Assembly: GCA_016934825.1 (NCBI GenBank) | Contig: JAFGSB010000126.1 | Location: 675-64,674 of the forward strand | Origin: Candidatus Zhuqueibacterota bacterium | GTDB taxonomy: Bacteria; Zhuqueibacterota; Zhuqueibacteria; Residuimicrobiales; Krinioviventaceae | Direction of reading: 5' to 3' | DNA: 64,000 bases | The notes under the pieces: model-generated | Told to the model about the DNA's origin: nothing | Databases searched by the model: none | Seen by the model: the letters and a program-made list of their open reading frames with translations, nothing else | Program-made: the position numbers and the translations under genes | Shown: positions 53,950-63,409 of the stretch, piece after piece | How positions within the stretch are numbered: the stretch's first letter is position 1 | Layout: every line of letters starts with the position of its first letter

Positions 53950-55296
53950 TCATTCTATATTGGGAATACTGATCACAAACTTTAAACCATTCTTATAATT
54001 TTCAACACTTAATGAGCCGCTGTGCTTAAGAATAATTTCCTTGCATATCAACAAGCCAAAACGGTTTTCGATATCAGTTGGCAAATAACTTATCGGTTCG
54101 AAAAGTTTTAAAAATTCTTCCTTGATTAAGCCAGGGGAATGATTAAATAATGAAAGTTTTACCCTTTGCTGATCTATATTATATTCAGTAGCAAAAATAA
54201 AATTTTTAACATTTGACTTTTGAATAATAAAATTGATAATATTATACAATACCAGGTGCATCTGGGTTTTATCTATTTTTACTTTTGGAATATTGTTCTT
54301 TAAATTTGTGTCAAAAGTAATATCCAATCTGGAATATACAGTTTCCGCAAAACTGATAAACTGATTCACAAACCGATTGACATCGTACACTCTTAATTTG
54401 GTTTCTATATTTATGTTTTCAATTAATTCCTGGGACAAGCCTTTCAACTGATTTAGAATAATTGAAATATTTTTTAATCTTTCTACAACTTTATTTATAT
54501 TGTTATCCCTCAGATATTTTGTCGCCAATTCCAGATTACTGGCCGTATCCTGTAATAACGTATTTAAAGTATGGCCTATATGGGCCGACAATCTTGATTC
54601 AACAGCCAGTTTTTCAACATCGACCAGATTATCAGCGGTATTGGATAACTGCTGAAATGATTGTTCCTGGCTTTGATAAAATATGGCATTTCTAATCGCG
54701 ATCGCCGCCTGGTTGGAAAATAACTGGACCAGCTCTTTTTTAATCTCCGAATCATGAATCAGCGGCTTTGAACTATCAGCATATATTAAACCTAAAATTT
54801 CATAATTGAGAAGTATTGGACAACAAATAATACTTCTTTGTACCATTTTGGAATTCTGAAATAATTTCTCTTTGGTGATATCCTCATAAAAATAAATCGC
54901 TTTGGATTTATAAGAATTGACAAGAATACTCTTGACAATTTTAAATGAATTTTTTGGTAGGTTATTTTTGTCAGCATCACGGGCGATTTTAAATTCCAAC
55001 CGGCCGTCGTTATTTTTTAACAGCAAAAAGCCTCTTTCTGCCTGAATGACGGTAATAAGAGAATCAATTACAAACTCCAGTACATTATTCAGATGAAGGG
55101 AACTGTAAATTACCCCAAAACTGCTGATAACATTTGTTATATAATTCCAGTCGTTGGTTAATGTTTCGTGAGGTAAGATTGAAAATTCTGAAGTAAGATC
55201 GGATAGATTTTTTGTATCCTTGAATAATTTATTCAGATCTAATGAATCTTTTTGACTTTTTTCATCTTCGGAATCGTCATTGATAACTTTGTCCAT
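53950..55296 (-). CDS. GAF + histidine-kinase-like protein with degenerate ATP-binding boxes (paralogue of 61679..63103)
   Basis: GAF (AERGFLLLKNNDGRLEFKIARDADK, IYADSSKPLI) and H-box SAHIGHTLNTLL. G1 is NHSPG (versus DTGPG) and G2 is NRFGLL (versus GHGFGL). ATG at 55296 is preceded by GGAGG. Confidence 0.65.
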   Translation of the reverse strand: MDKVINDDSEDEKSQKDSLDLNKLFKDTKNLSDLTSEFSILPHETLTNDWNYITNVISSFGVIYSSLHLNNVLEFVIDSLITVIQAERGFLLLKNNDGRLEFKIARDADKNNLPKNSFKIVKSILVNSYKSKAIYFYEDITKEKLFQNSKMVQRSIICCPILLNYEILGLIYADSSKPLIHDSEIKKELVQLFSNQAAIAIRNAIFYQSQEQSFQQLSNTADNLVDVEKLAVESRLSAHIGHTLNTLLQDTASNLELATKYLRDNNINKVVERLKNISIILNQLKGLSQELIENINIETKLRVYDVNRFVNQFISFAETVYSRLDITFDTNLKNNIPKVKIDKTQMHLVLYNIINFIIQKSNVKNFIFATEYNIDQQRVKLSLFNHSPGLIKEEFLKLFEPISYLPTDIENRFGLLICKEIILKHSGSLSVENYKNGLKFVISIPNIE

Positions 55297-55413
55297 ATAC
55301 CCTTTCCTCCCCACCCAAATATCATCATTAATACACTTTTGTGTACAAGCTTGGTTTCCCCCGAAACCAAACTTATACACGACTCACACACCCGGATAAC
55401 AATTAAACAACGA

Positions 55414-56016
55414 TCAATCCTTTGAGATCAGATAAATAGAAAAATGATCGATTGGAAAAGAAACAAATTTTTTGCGTTTATCCCACTTGAATTCTTGATT
55501 GTTCGTATCAGACGATGTAATTTCTTCCCACTCTCCGGTATCGGGATTCCACCAGCTCAACACAAACGTATCATTTTCATTACCATTCAATTTATCATAT
55601 AACAATTTGTAGTTCAGATACAAATTTGCCGGTTCACTAAAGGATAAATAATCGGGCTGGAAATTAAAAATAAGTTGATCTTCCGATGTTAAAAAGACCT
55701 GAGCGCTCACTTTAGTATCTTCGCCGGTACTCATTGTTTCCGGAAAAATATAAAGAAATGCAACATTTTTCTTACCTAAAGCACCACCTTGGTAGTAACG
55801 GATCAACTTTTCATCTGACCAGCTTTTAACTATGGTAAGACCCTCAAGAGGTTCAAGATCAACATTAGGGGCTTTGCGTTTGGCAGCGATTTCATCATTG
55901 GTCTGTACTGAAAGATCCGAAGGTGCCGTCGGGCTTGGCATTCTATCGCAGCCAATATTTTGTAATCCAAAGACTACGAGTAAACCGAGTAATACGAACC
56001 ATCTTTTTGTTTTCAT
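55414..56016 (-). CDS. lipoprotein, unknown function
   Basis: 200 aa with a lipobox LQNIG|C. The rest is beta-rich with no recognisable motif. Confidence 0.5.
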   Translation of the reverse strand: MKTKRWFVLLGLLVVFGLQNIGCDRMPSPTAPSDLSVQTNDEIAAKRKAPNVDLEPLEGLTIVKSWSDEKLIRYYQGGALGKKNVAFLYIFPETMSTGEDTKVSAQVFLTSEDQLIFNFQPDYLSFSEPANLYLNYKLLYDKLNGNENDTFVLSWWNPDTGEWEEITSSDTNNQEFKWDKRKKFVSFPIDHFSIYLISKD

Positions 56017-56329
56017 TTCATCTCTCCTGCTTTTGTTAATGATTGTTAATTTATACTCCTCATTTTTTCAGTTATATTTTAGCAAATACCAGGCCATTTA
56101 CATTTATCTTTGTCATCATATAATTTTTATTACATTCATAAATAAAATAATTTATACAAACTATTAAAAAACAATAAATTAATGTCAATGATATCTGTTT
56201 CCGTTAGTGGTGCCTTTTATGGTCATTTTAAAGGTTTTATAAATAAAAAATTCAAAATTTTTGACAACAAGTGTTGCCTTAAATGGACAATTGATTACAA
56301 ATAGGGACATAGAAATAAATAACATTAAC

Positions 56330-59300
56330 TCAACTTGTTTTAATAATAGTTTTGATATCTTTGATCTTTTTTAATAATTCTTTATTTTCGGAAAGCATTA
56401 TTAAGGACTGCTTGTATTCATCCTGTGTTATATGAGTCAGGCACAATTTAAGACATTGATATGCTTTTCGGTAACATTTATAACTGGTTATCAAATCACC
56501 TGATTTTTGTTTTAATAATCCTCTGAGCAAATAAATTGTTTTGATCTGCAACATTAAACCCATCGATTTAGCAATATCCTCAGCTTTGTTCAGTGTCTTT
56601 TCAATTATGTGCATGGGTCTGTTATCCAATATCAATGTCTTTGAGAATAGAATTAATAATTGCACCTGGTACCAGCGATAATTGGATGATTCGACAAGCT
56701 TTTTCAAGTTTTGAAATTTATCCAGCGCTTTTTCTATTTCCCGGTTTTCAACATAGTAGTTCAAATACTCCAGGTTCAATAGCATCCCCAGGTTTTGATT
56801 TTTTTCTTTTGCATTTAGCTCTTCCGCTTTTTTCAGATAAATATTATCAAATTGATTCTCTAAAATATAATATGTTTTCGCCTTGAAAATAAAATATTCA
56901 CACAGTTTGGTTTTATCATTTATCGATTCCGATAAACTTAAACATCCGTCAACAGCATAATTCGCTGCTTCCAGTTGATTTAATGCCAGATAAACCCTTG
57001 CTTTTTGATAGAGCATTTCCGCTTTATCGGAATAAATTTTAATTCTCTCAGCAAATTTAATTCCTTCATCCAGCGTTTCAAGAGCCTGCGAATAATCTTC
57101 ACGGAGAAATAACAATTCTCCGATATTACAATGAGAAGCGACAAGTCCTTTGATATCCCCTATTCTGTTTTTTAAATCTTTGCATTTTTTATAGTAGATC
57201 AAAGCTTTTTCATATTGTCCGCTTTCCATCAGGAGAATACCGAGATTATTAAAAGTCTCGGCCAAACCGGCCATATCCCCTATTTGTTCCATAATTTCCA
57301 GACTCTTTAACCAATATTCTTTTGCTTTCTCATGATTCCCGGAAACGTTATGTACAATACCCAGATTATTCAAAGTTGCGGCCATACTTCGCTGGTCACC
57401 AAGAACTTTTTTTACTTTTGCGCTTTGCGAAAAATAATTCACAGCCTGGTTAATATCGCCGGCGTAAAATGAAGCGCCGCCTAAATTATTAAGGGTGAGG
57501 GCCAGGGTACGTGAAGGCGTATCGTCCGGCAGGATATTTAATGTCTTTTTTCCCAGGGCAATAGAATCCTGATATTGTCCCTGAATTAGCGAAATCCATG
57601 ATAATTCCCGAAATATCAGGGCTCGTTCGATAACGGCCCGATCCGGAACAACTGAAAGCGCCTCATTTAGACACTTAACCGCGTCATCCAGATTTCCCAG
57701 TTTTTGGTGAAGAGAAGAAATACGTCTTAACAACGCGGATTTCACGATACCGGGTTTATAATCATTGAGTAAAGAATTAAAATTTTCAAGCGCTTTATCG
57801 GCGTCGCCCAGCGTTTCCTGAATTTCCGCAATATGTCTTTTAAAAAGCCGCTGAAATCTTTTTTCATTGCTGCCGCAATTTGAAAATGCCAAATCGGCAA
57901 TAAAAAGAGCGCGTCTGTTTGAATACGAATTTTTTAATTTTGTCAGCGCGATTGAAGCTAATGGTAATCCTTTTTCAATATATCCCGCTTTCAGATAATG
58001 ATAGGCCTGTTGTTCAACAGTCAGTTCGATTACTTTCTGTTGTTTATAAAGGTTTATTATCTTTATATGTATCAAACGGCGTTCTTCTTCAGGAATTATA
58101 TTGTATACAGTATCTTTAAATACGTTCGATAAAAAATGATAATAAAAGTGTTCGAAAGTTATATTTGTTAATAGTATACGCTTTTCAAGGAGAAAGCTGA
58201 TTTCGTATTCAAACTTTTCGTCACTAAAGTTCAATAATTTGGTAAAGAACTTTTTTTCAATTGAAAAATCATATACAGCCGCTATTCTCAGAATAGCTTG
58301 CTGAGAATTCGATAAATTAAAAAATGTTTCGGAATAGAGATTATTGACATCTTTTAACTCCAGACTCTTCAAATCATAGTTGTCACTTAACAGCCAGGTT
58401 TTATCCGAACGATTAAAATAACCGGATTTATTTAATGCAGTCATGATTGCAGCTATGATTACAGGACTGCCGCCGCTTTTTTCGTACAAGTCGTTGGTAA
58501 AATTCTGTGGAAACAAATTAACGCTAAAAGCAGTCTGCAGGAGTTGATCAATTTGGTTTTTATCCAGACTTTTTATGCCATGTTCGTGGATGAATTGTAA
58601 AGAATCTTTTCCTTTTTGCAGTAAGACGGCCACATCCTGGGTTAGTTTCTCATTCGTGGTACTGACCAGAATAGCACAATTTTCATGACTCAGAGCCCGT
58701 CCCAGATAATATACTAAATCAATAATACCTTCATTGGCCAGTTCTATATCACGTAAAATAATGACCAACGGATTGCTATGACATAGACTTTTAATTTTGT
58801 CACATAATTCATCCATGAATTTTAATCGTTGTAATTCATAGTCGTCCTTTCCCGAACGTGTTGAAAATAATTTTTGAATGGCGTCGTCAATCAAATCCTC
58901 AATTTCCGAATATCCCTTAAAGATATCGATCAAAGATTGGTAGGTTGAACTTTTATCATCCCTGCACCATCCCTCAAGAACCTGAATATCATTGATTTGT
59001 AAACGGTACTTTAATTCATCGATGATTCGGTTATGGCCGGACCCTTCATTTCCCATAATTGATAAAAAATTCGTTTTATTATGGGTTTGTCCGTCATTTA
59101 TTATGTCATATATAATGTCAAATAGATTGTTAATATCCCCGGCCTGAATTTTTAAAAAAGAATCCCATATAAGAGGAGTAATTAAATTATCCGTAAGGGT
59201 TAAATCATATTTTCCAACTCCGATTGCGGTTAACAACTCTTCACTTGAAGAATATCGTTCCAGTGGCTCTTTAGCCAATAACCGCGTCACAACGTTCGCT

Positions 59301-60079
59301 ATGTGATTGGGAATTTCCGGGTTCAGAGATGTTACCCTGGCGGATACTTTTTTTAAATGACCGTTCTTGATATCATCAGGTTTACCGCAGAAAGGAGCCT
59401 GACCGGTCAATGCCCAGTACATTAATACACCAACAGCATATAGATCTGTTCTCACATTCAAAGAATTATTCTGGAATAATTCCGGAGCCAGGTATTCCAA
59501 CGTACCGCCACAGTTTGAATTTATTTTTTCCTGTTCCCTGACAGCGAGTCCGAAATCCATCAGTTTTAAATTATATTGACCATTCATATCCTGAAAAACC
59601 AGTATATTTTCGCTTTTAATGTCCCCATGGAAAATACCCGAGACATGAATGTAATCCAACGCCTGCACCAAAAGTGAAAAAAGATGCAATTTTTCTTTTA
59701 ATGAAAGTCCTTTAACGGCTTTTAAAAATTCCACCCCTTTAACAAATTCCATTGTAAAAAAATATTCATTTTTGCCGGAAATTTTGCCAAAATCATAAAC
59801 GCAAACAAGATTCGGATGACGCATGGCGGCAAGAATAGAAAACTCCTTACGAAGGATCTCCATAAGTTCTCTATCCGGATTTTCGGATTGAAAAACTTTC
59901 AAGACGACAATTTCATTATCGCGGGCCGTATCTTCAACCAGGAATACAATTCCCATCCCCCCCTTTCCCAATTCCTTTACGATTTTATATCTTCCGTTAA
60001 CAATGTTATCGGGGGCGAAGCAATATGTTATCGAGGATTCTAATACTACATTTTCCATATAACCTGTCTGCCTGTGCAT
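56330..60079 (-). CDS. Ser/Thr protein kinase - NTPase (AAA_16/STAND-like) - TPR multidomain regulator
   Basis: Kinase: GKGGMGIVF, VVLKVF, HGDIKSENILV, DFGLA, GTLEYLAPE. Then a P-loop-like GNEGSGHNR region and more than 10 TPR-like repeats (LNNLG..., FNNLGILLM..., Y.KAL..). The preferred ATG at 60079 overlaps the SBP stop (TAATG). Confidence 0.8.
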   Translation of the reverse strand: MHRQTGYMENVVLESSITYCFAPDNIVNGRYKIVKELGKGGMGIVFLVEDTARDNEIVVLKVFQSENPDRELMEILRKEFSILAAMRHPNLVCVYDFGKISGKNEYFFTMEFVKGVEFLKAVKGLSLKEKLHLFSLLVQALDYIHVSGIFHGDIKSENILVFQDMNGQYNLKLMDFGLAVREQEKINSNCGGTLEYLAPELFQNNSLNVRTDLYAVGVLMYWALTGQAPFCGKPDDIKNGHLKKVSARVTSLNPEIPNHIANVVTRLLAKEPLERYSSSEELLTAIGVGKYDLTLTDNLITPLIWDSFLKIQAGDINNLFDIIYDIINDGQTHNKTNFLSIMGNEGSGHNRIIDELKYRLQINDIQVLEGWCRDDKSSTYQSLIDIFKGYSEIEDLIDDAIQKLFSTRSGKDDYELQRLKFMDELCDKIKSLCHSNPLVIILRDIELANEGIIDLVYYLGRALSHENCAILVSTTNEKLTQDVAVLLQKGKDSLQFIHEHGIKSLDKNQIDQLLQTAFSVNLFPQNFTNDLYEKSGGSPVIIAAIMTALNKSGYFNRSDKTWLLSDNYDLKSLELKDVNNLYSETFFNLSNSQQAILRIAAVYDFSIEKKFFTKLLNFSDEKFEYEISFLLEKRILLTNITFEHFYYHFLSNVFKDTVYNIIPEEERRLIHIKIINLYKQQKVIELTVEQQAYHYLKAGYIEKGLPLASIALTKLKNSYSNRRALFIADLAFSNCGSNEKRFQRLFKRHIAEIQETLGDADKALENFNSLLNDYKPGIVKSALLRRISSLHQKLGNLDDAVKCLNEALSVVPDRAVIERALIFRELSWISLIQGQYQDSIALGKKTLNILPDDTPSRTLALTLNNLGGASFYAGDINQAVNYFSQSAKVKKVLGDQRSMAATLNNLGIVHNVSGNHEKAKEYWLKSLEIMEQIGDMAGLAETFNNLGILLMESGQYEKALIYYKKCKDLKNRIGDIKGLVASHCNIGELLFLREDYSQALETLDEGIKFAERIKIYSDKAEMLYQKARVYLALNQLEAANYAVDGCLSLSESINDKTKLCEYFIFKAKTYYILENQFDNIYLKKAEELNAKEKNQNLGMLLNLEYLNYYVENREIEKALDKFQNLKKLVESSNYRWYQVQLLILFSKTLILDNRPMHIIEKTLNKAEDIAKSMGLMLQIKTIYLLRGLLKQKSGDLITSYKCYRKAYQCLKLCLTHITQDEYKQSLIMLSENKELLKKIKDIKTIIKTS

Positions 60080-61662
60080 TATTTTCGATACCATTCCGCT
60101 ATATTAAAAAATGTGGAAACGGGAGAGAATTGATAGCCTCCGAGATGCGACTCAAGACCGACCAGCCTTTCCGGGATCCACAAAAATGTGGCAGGTTGAT
60201 CATTTACGATAATATCCTGAAGTTTGTACCACAGGGGAATTGCAGCCTGCCGGTCAACGATTTGACGGGCGGACATAATCAGATCATCTATCTCTTTATT
60301 TTTATAACAGGACAAATTAAATCCATCGGCGCCGCACATTGACGAATGCCATACCGGAAAAACATCAACTTTACTGGCGGACATCATACCGATCAACACG
60401 GCATCATAGTCCCGCGCCATGAGTTTTTCAACATATACCGACCATTCCAGTCTTTGCGGTATAACTCTAACACCAACTTTTTTCAGCATCTCCTGAATAA
60501 TCACTAACGCATCTTCCCTGACCTGGCTGCCTATATTGGTCATTAATCTAAATTCAAAGTCGGTGTTATCTTTATCTATATATCCATCGCCATTTGAATC
60601 GGTCCATCCTGCTCCGGCAAATAATTGTTTTGCTTCATCCGGTGAATAGTACACATCATTTAATTCGGGATTATATGCCCACAACATTGAATGGATCGGG
60701 CTTTTGTTTATTTGACCGTATCCCTGCAGCAGGTGGTTCACAAGGGTTTGCCGGTCAATTGCGTGTGTCAGGGCCATTCTGACATTCTTGTCCTGAAACA
60801 GAAAACTATACATATTCCAGTTAATTTGGACATACTGGGCGTAAGGAAAATGTTCAATTATGATATTATTTTTTTCCTTTGTCATCCTTACCGCATCCTG
60901 GGGCGGCACACCTTCCATGACGTGAACTTCACCCGTCTTCAACTGGGTTAAAAGCTGGGTTTTATCGGGAACTATCTTGAAAATGATATGTTTTATTTTG
61001 GGCAGACCGGTTTCATAATACAACTCGTTATTCACCAGTTCAATAAACTGGTTGGGGACCCAGGATTTCAATTTATAAGGCCCGTTCGTCACTGAATTAT
61101 TTGTAAAATCAATATCCTGCCAGTTTTCGGATTCAACATGATTATATACATGCCGGGGAAGGATCACACCTTCATTTATATCCATAAGCTGATACGTATA
61201 AGGTTCGTCAAATATAAAATCAATCGTGGAGTCATTGATTACGTTAATCGATTTAATTCGGTCTTTAACACTTGCGCCGGGCCAATCGATTTTATCGTCG
61301 ATTTGTTTTTGATAAGTAAATTCAACATCGGAAGCAGATACTTTAACACTATCGGTCCAGAAAACATCCGTTCGCAGATTGAACCGTACCCGTTTTCCAT
61401 TATCCATCATTTCCCATGATCTGGCCAATCCGGGTTTAAAGGTTACAAAATCAGGCTGTTCCTGCATTAATCCGAGATACATCATTTTTGATAATTCTGT
61501 TCCGAATCTGGAACGGGTGAGTAGCGGATTGAAAGAATCGGTATCACCGGAAACCCCAATTACCAATGGCAAAGATTGATTATTACTATTGCACGAAAAA
61601 AGAAAAATACAAAAAAAAGATAACAGGAGAACCAAAGAAAATCTGGACCAAAAATTTTTCAT
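60079..61662 (-). CDS. ABC-type solute-binding lipoprotein, family 5 (peptide/nickel, OppA/DppA-like)
   Basis: Lipobox IFLFS|C. The family-5 SBP pattern is present (FNPLL...SRFGTEL, LARSWE...F.LR.DV.W.D). Start taken at MKNFWS (61662) to avoid overlap with the upstream kinase. Confidence 0.8.
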   Translation of the reverse strand: MKNFWSRFSLVLLLSFFCIFLFSCNSNNQSLPLVIGVSGDTDSFNPLLTRSRFGTELSKMMYLGLMQEQPDFVTFKPGLARSWEMMDNGKRVRFNLRTDVFWTDSVKVSASDVEFTYQKQIDDKIDWPGASVKDRIKSINVINDSTIDFIFDEPYTYQLMDINEGVILPRHVYNHVESENWQDIDFTNNSVTNGPYKLKSWVPNQFIELVNNELYYETGLPKIKHIIFKIVPDKTQLLTQLKTGEVHVMEGVPPQDAVRMTKEKNNIIIEHFPYAQYVQINWNMYSFLFQDKNVRMALTHAIDRQTLVNHLLQGYGQINKSPIHSMLWAYNPELNDVYYSPDEAKQLFAGAGWTDSNGDGYIDKDNTDFEFRLMTNIGSQVREDALVIIQEMLKKVGVRVIPQRLEWSVYVEKLMARDYDAVLIGMMSASKVDVFPVWHSSMCGADGFNLSCYKNKEIDDLIMSARQIVDRQAAIPLWYKLQDIIVNDQPATFLWIPERLVGLESHLGGYQFSPVSTFFNIAEWYRK

Positions 61663-61678
61663 CTTTGTTGATTTCCTT

Positions 61679-63103
61679 TTAATAGATAAATTCATTGGAT
61701 ACATTTAATTTTTCAACTTCTAATTCTTTTGTCTTTTTCATTTTCACAGGTAAGAAAATAGTAAAAGTCGAACCGATACCGATTTCACTTTCCACTATAA
61801 TTGACCCGCCGTGTTTCTTGGCAATGGTTCTGCAAATGCTTAAACCGAAACCATGCCCTTCAGCCTTATCGGTAAATAACGGGGTAAATATCTGGCTTAA
61901 CTTTGCCTTTTCAATACCGGGTCCCGTATCTGAAATAGCTATTTTAACCTGCTTGGTTTTCTTGTCAAATCCCGTAATGATTGTGATGTGAGTATCCGGA
62001 CGAACTTCGATTGCATTTTTGGTAATATTATAAAATATCTGCTGAAGTTGTCCCTTATCAACATCGATTTGCGGAATATCAGGATCAAACTCTTCCTGAA
62101 AAGTTGCGCCGGTCCTTTTATACACAGGACGGATGAATTCAAGGAAATCGTGCGCAAGCTGGTTGATATCACATGGCTCAATCTTTGTTTCCATGTGTGA
62201 ATTATTCATTAATCCCTGTGAGAATCGGGTCATGTTATCCAGTTTGGTGGCAACAAATTCGAGATGTCCCAAAACTTTTTTCGTATCAAATTCATTAACC
62301 AGATAATGAATGGCAAGCTCCAGGTTCCCGTAAATTATGGACAAAAGATTATTCAACTCATGCCCAATTCTGGCAGCCATTTTTCCCCGCGCCGCCATTT
62401 TTTCAGCATATATCAAACTATCCTGGGCGTTTTCCAGTTGTTCATAAGAGGTTTTAACTTTTTGATATAACTGGGCGTTGCGAATGCCCTCCGCAGCCTG
62501 GTCGGCAAAAAGCTGAAATAACTGTTTTTTTATTTTGGATTTTCCGATCAAAGGCTTGGAACTGTCCGCGTAAATGACGCCGATCAAATCACCCGTAATA
62601 AACATCGGACAGCATACAATGCTCCGCAACTTAAGCTGCCGAACACTCTGGCTGGGAGAATAATTCTGATCCGCCAGAACATCTTCAATATAAATTATTT
62701 CTTTTTTGCGGATCGTTTCATTCAAATAACTTTTACTGACTTTAAATTCCGTATCAGGCAGGGTCTGCTTGTCAGCATCGCGGGCAATTTTAAACTCAAG
62801 CTCACCTTTTGCATTCCGCAAAACCAGGAATCCGCGTTCCGCATGAATAACCGATATAGCCGCATCCATAACGTGCAAAAGTACCCGTTTGATATCAAGA
62901 GAACTGTTCATCAAACGAAATGTTTCCAGTAATTCAGCTATATACTTCCAATCACTGAAACTGCTGTCTTCTTCTTTCGCCTGGATTTCCTCATCGAGAT
63001 CATCTATTTCCTGTTCAAATTCATTAATCAGATCCATGAATTCATTTTCGGCTTGAGTTTCTTCCTGTTTATTTTCCAAATATTTTTCATCGTCCATAAA
63101 CAT
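61679..63103 (-). CDS. cytoplasmic GAF + histidine kinase (complete HisKA + HATPase_c)
   Basis: GAF (AERGFLVLRNAKGELEFKIARDADK), H-box AARIGHELNNLL, N-box YNITKNAIE, G1 DTGPGI, G2 GHGFGLSI. No TM helix. Confidence 0.8.
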   Translation of the reverse strand: MFMDDEKYLENKQEETQAENEFMDLINEFEQEIDDLDEEIQAKEEDSSFSDWKYIAELLETFRLMNSSLDIKRVLLHVMDAAISVIHAERGFLVLRNAKGELEFKIARDADKQTLPDTEFKVSKSYLNETIRKKEIIYIEDVLADQNYSPSQSVRQLKLRSIVCCPMFITGDLIGVIYADSSKPLIGKSKIKKQLFQLFADQAAEGIRNAQLYQKVKTSYEQLENAQDSLIYAEKMAARGKMAARIGHELNNLLSIIYGNLELAIHYLVNEFDTKKVLGHLEFVATKLDNMTRFSQGLMNNSHMETKIEPCDINQLAHDFLEFIRPVYKRTGATFQEEFDPDIPQIDVDKGQLQQIFYNITKNAIEVRPDTHITIITGFDKKTKQVKIAISDTGPGIEKAKLSQIFTPLFTDKAEGHGFGLSICRTIAKKHGGSIIVESEIGIGSTFTIFLPVKMKKTKELEVEKLNVSNEFIY

Positions 63104-63409
63104 ATTTACCCTCCTGATCCGATTTATAAATAAAATCTTTTATATACAAAGTATTATTAAGCATGAGTTTAAATACTCTTTAGAAATTAATCCATAAAAG
63201 GAATTACAAATATTATGCCGATTATTTAAATATTAATACATGTAATTGTTTATATTTGCTTTCTCTTTTAAAATTAATTTTTGTTACTCAGATTCAAAAT
63301 TATACTGATTGTCAATTAATTTTCTTAAAACATCCGTTAAAATTTTGTCTCGTTTTTATTGAATAAAATAATTTATATAATTTAACATAAACCAAACGAA
63401 AACAACATA

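Noticed and set aside
56330-60079. Ser/Thr kinase-NTPase-TPR protein as an antiphage STAND (Avs-like) defence gene
   Set aside because: There are no neighbouring defence genes, nuclease effectors or mobile-element context. The architecture is also common in ordinary PknK-type regulators. Nothing in the sequence favours defence.
63206-63220. sigma54-like string CGGCAT-AATAT-TTGT (minus strand) upstream of the GAF-kinase gene
   Set aside because: It lacks both the T of TGG and the C of the -12 GC. It lies in very AT-rich DNA where such partial matches are expected by chance.
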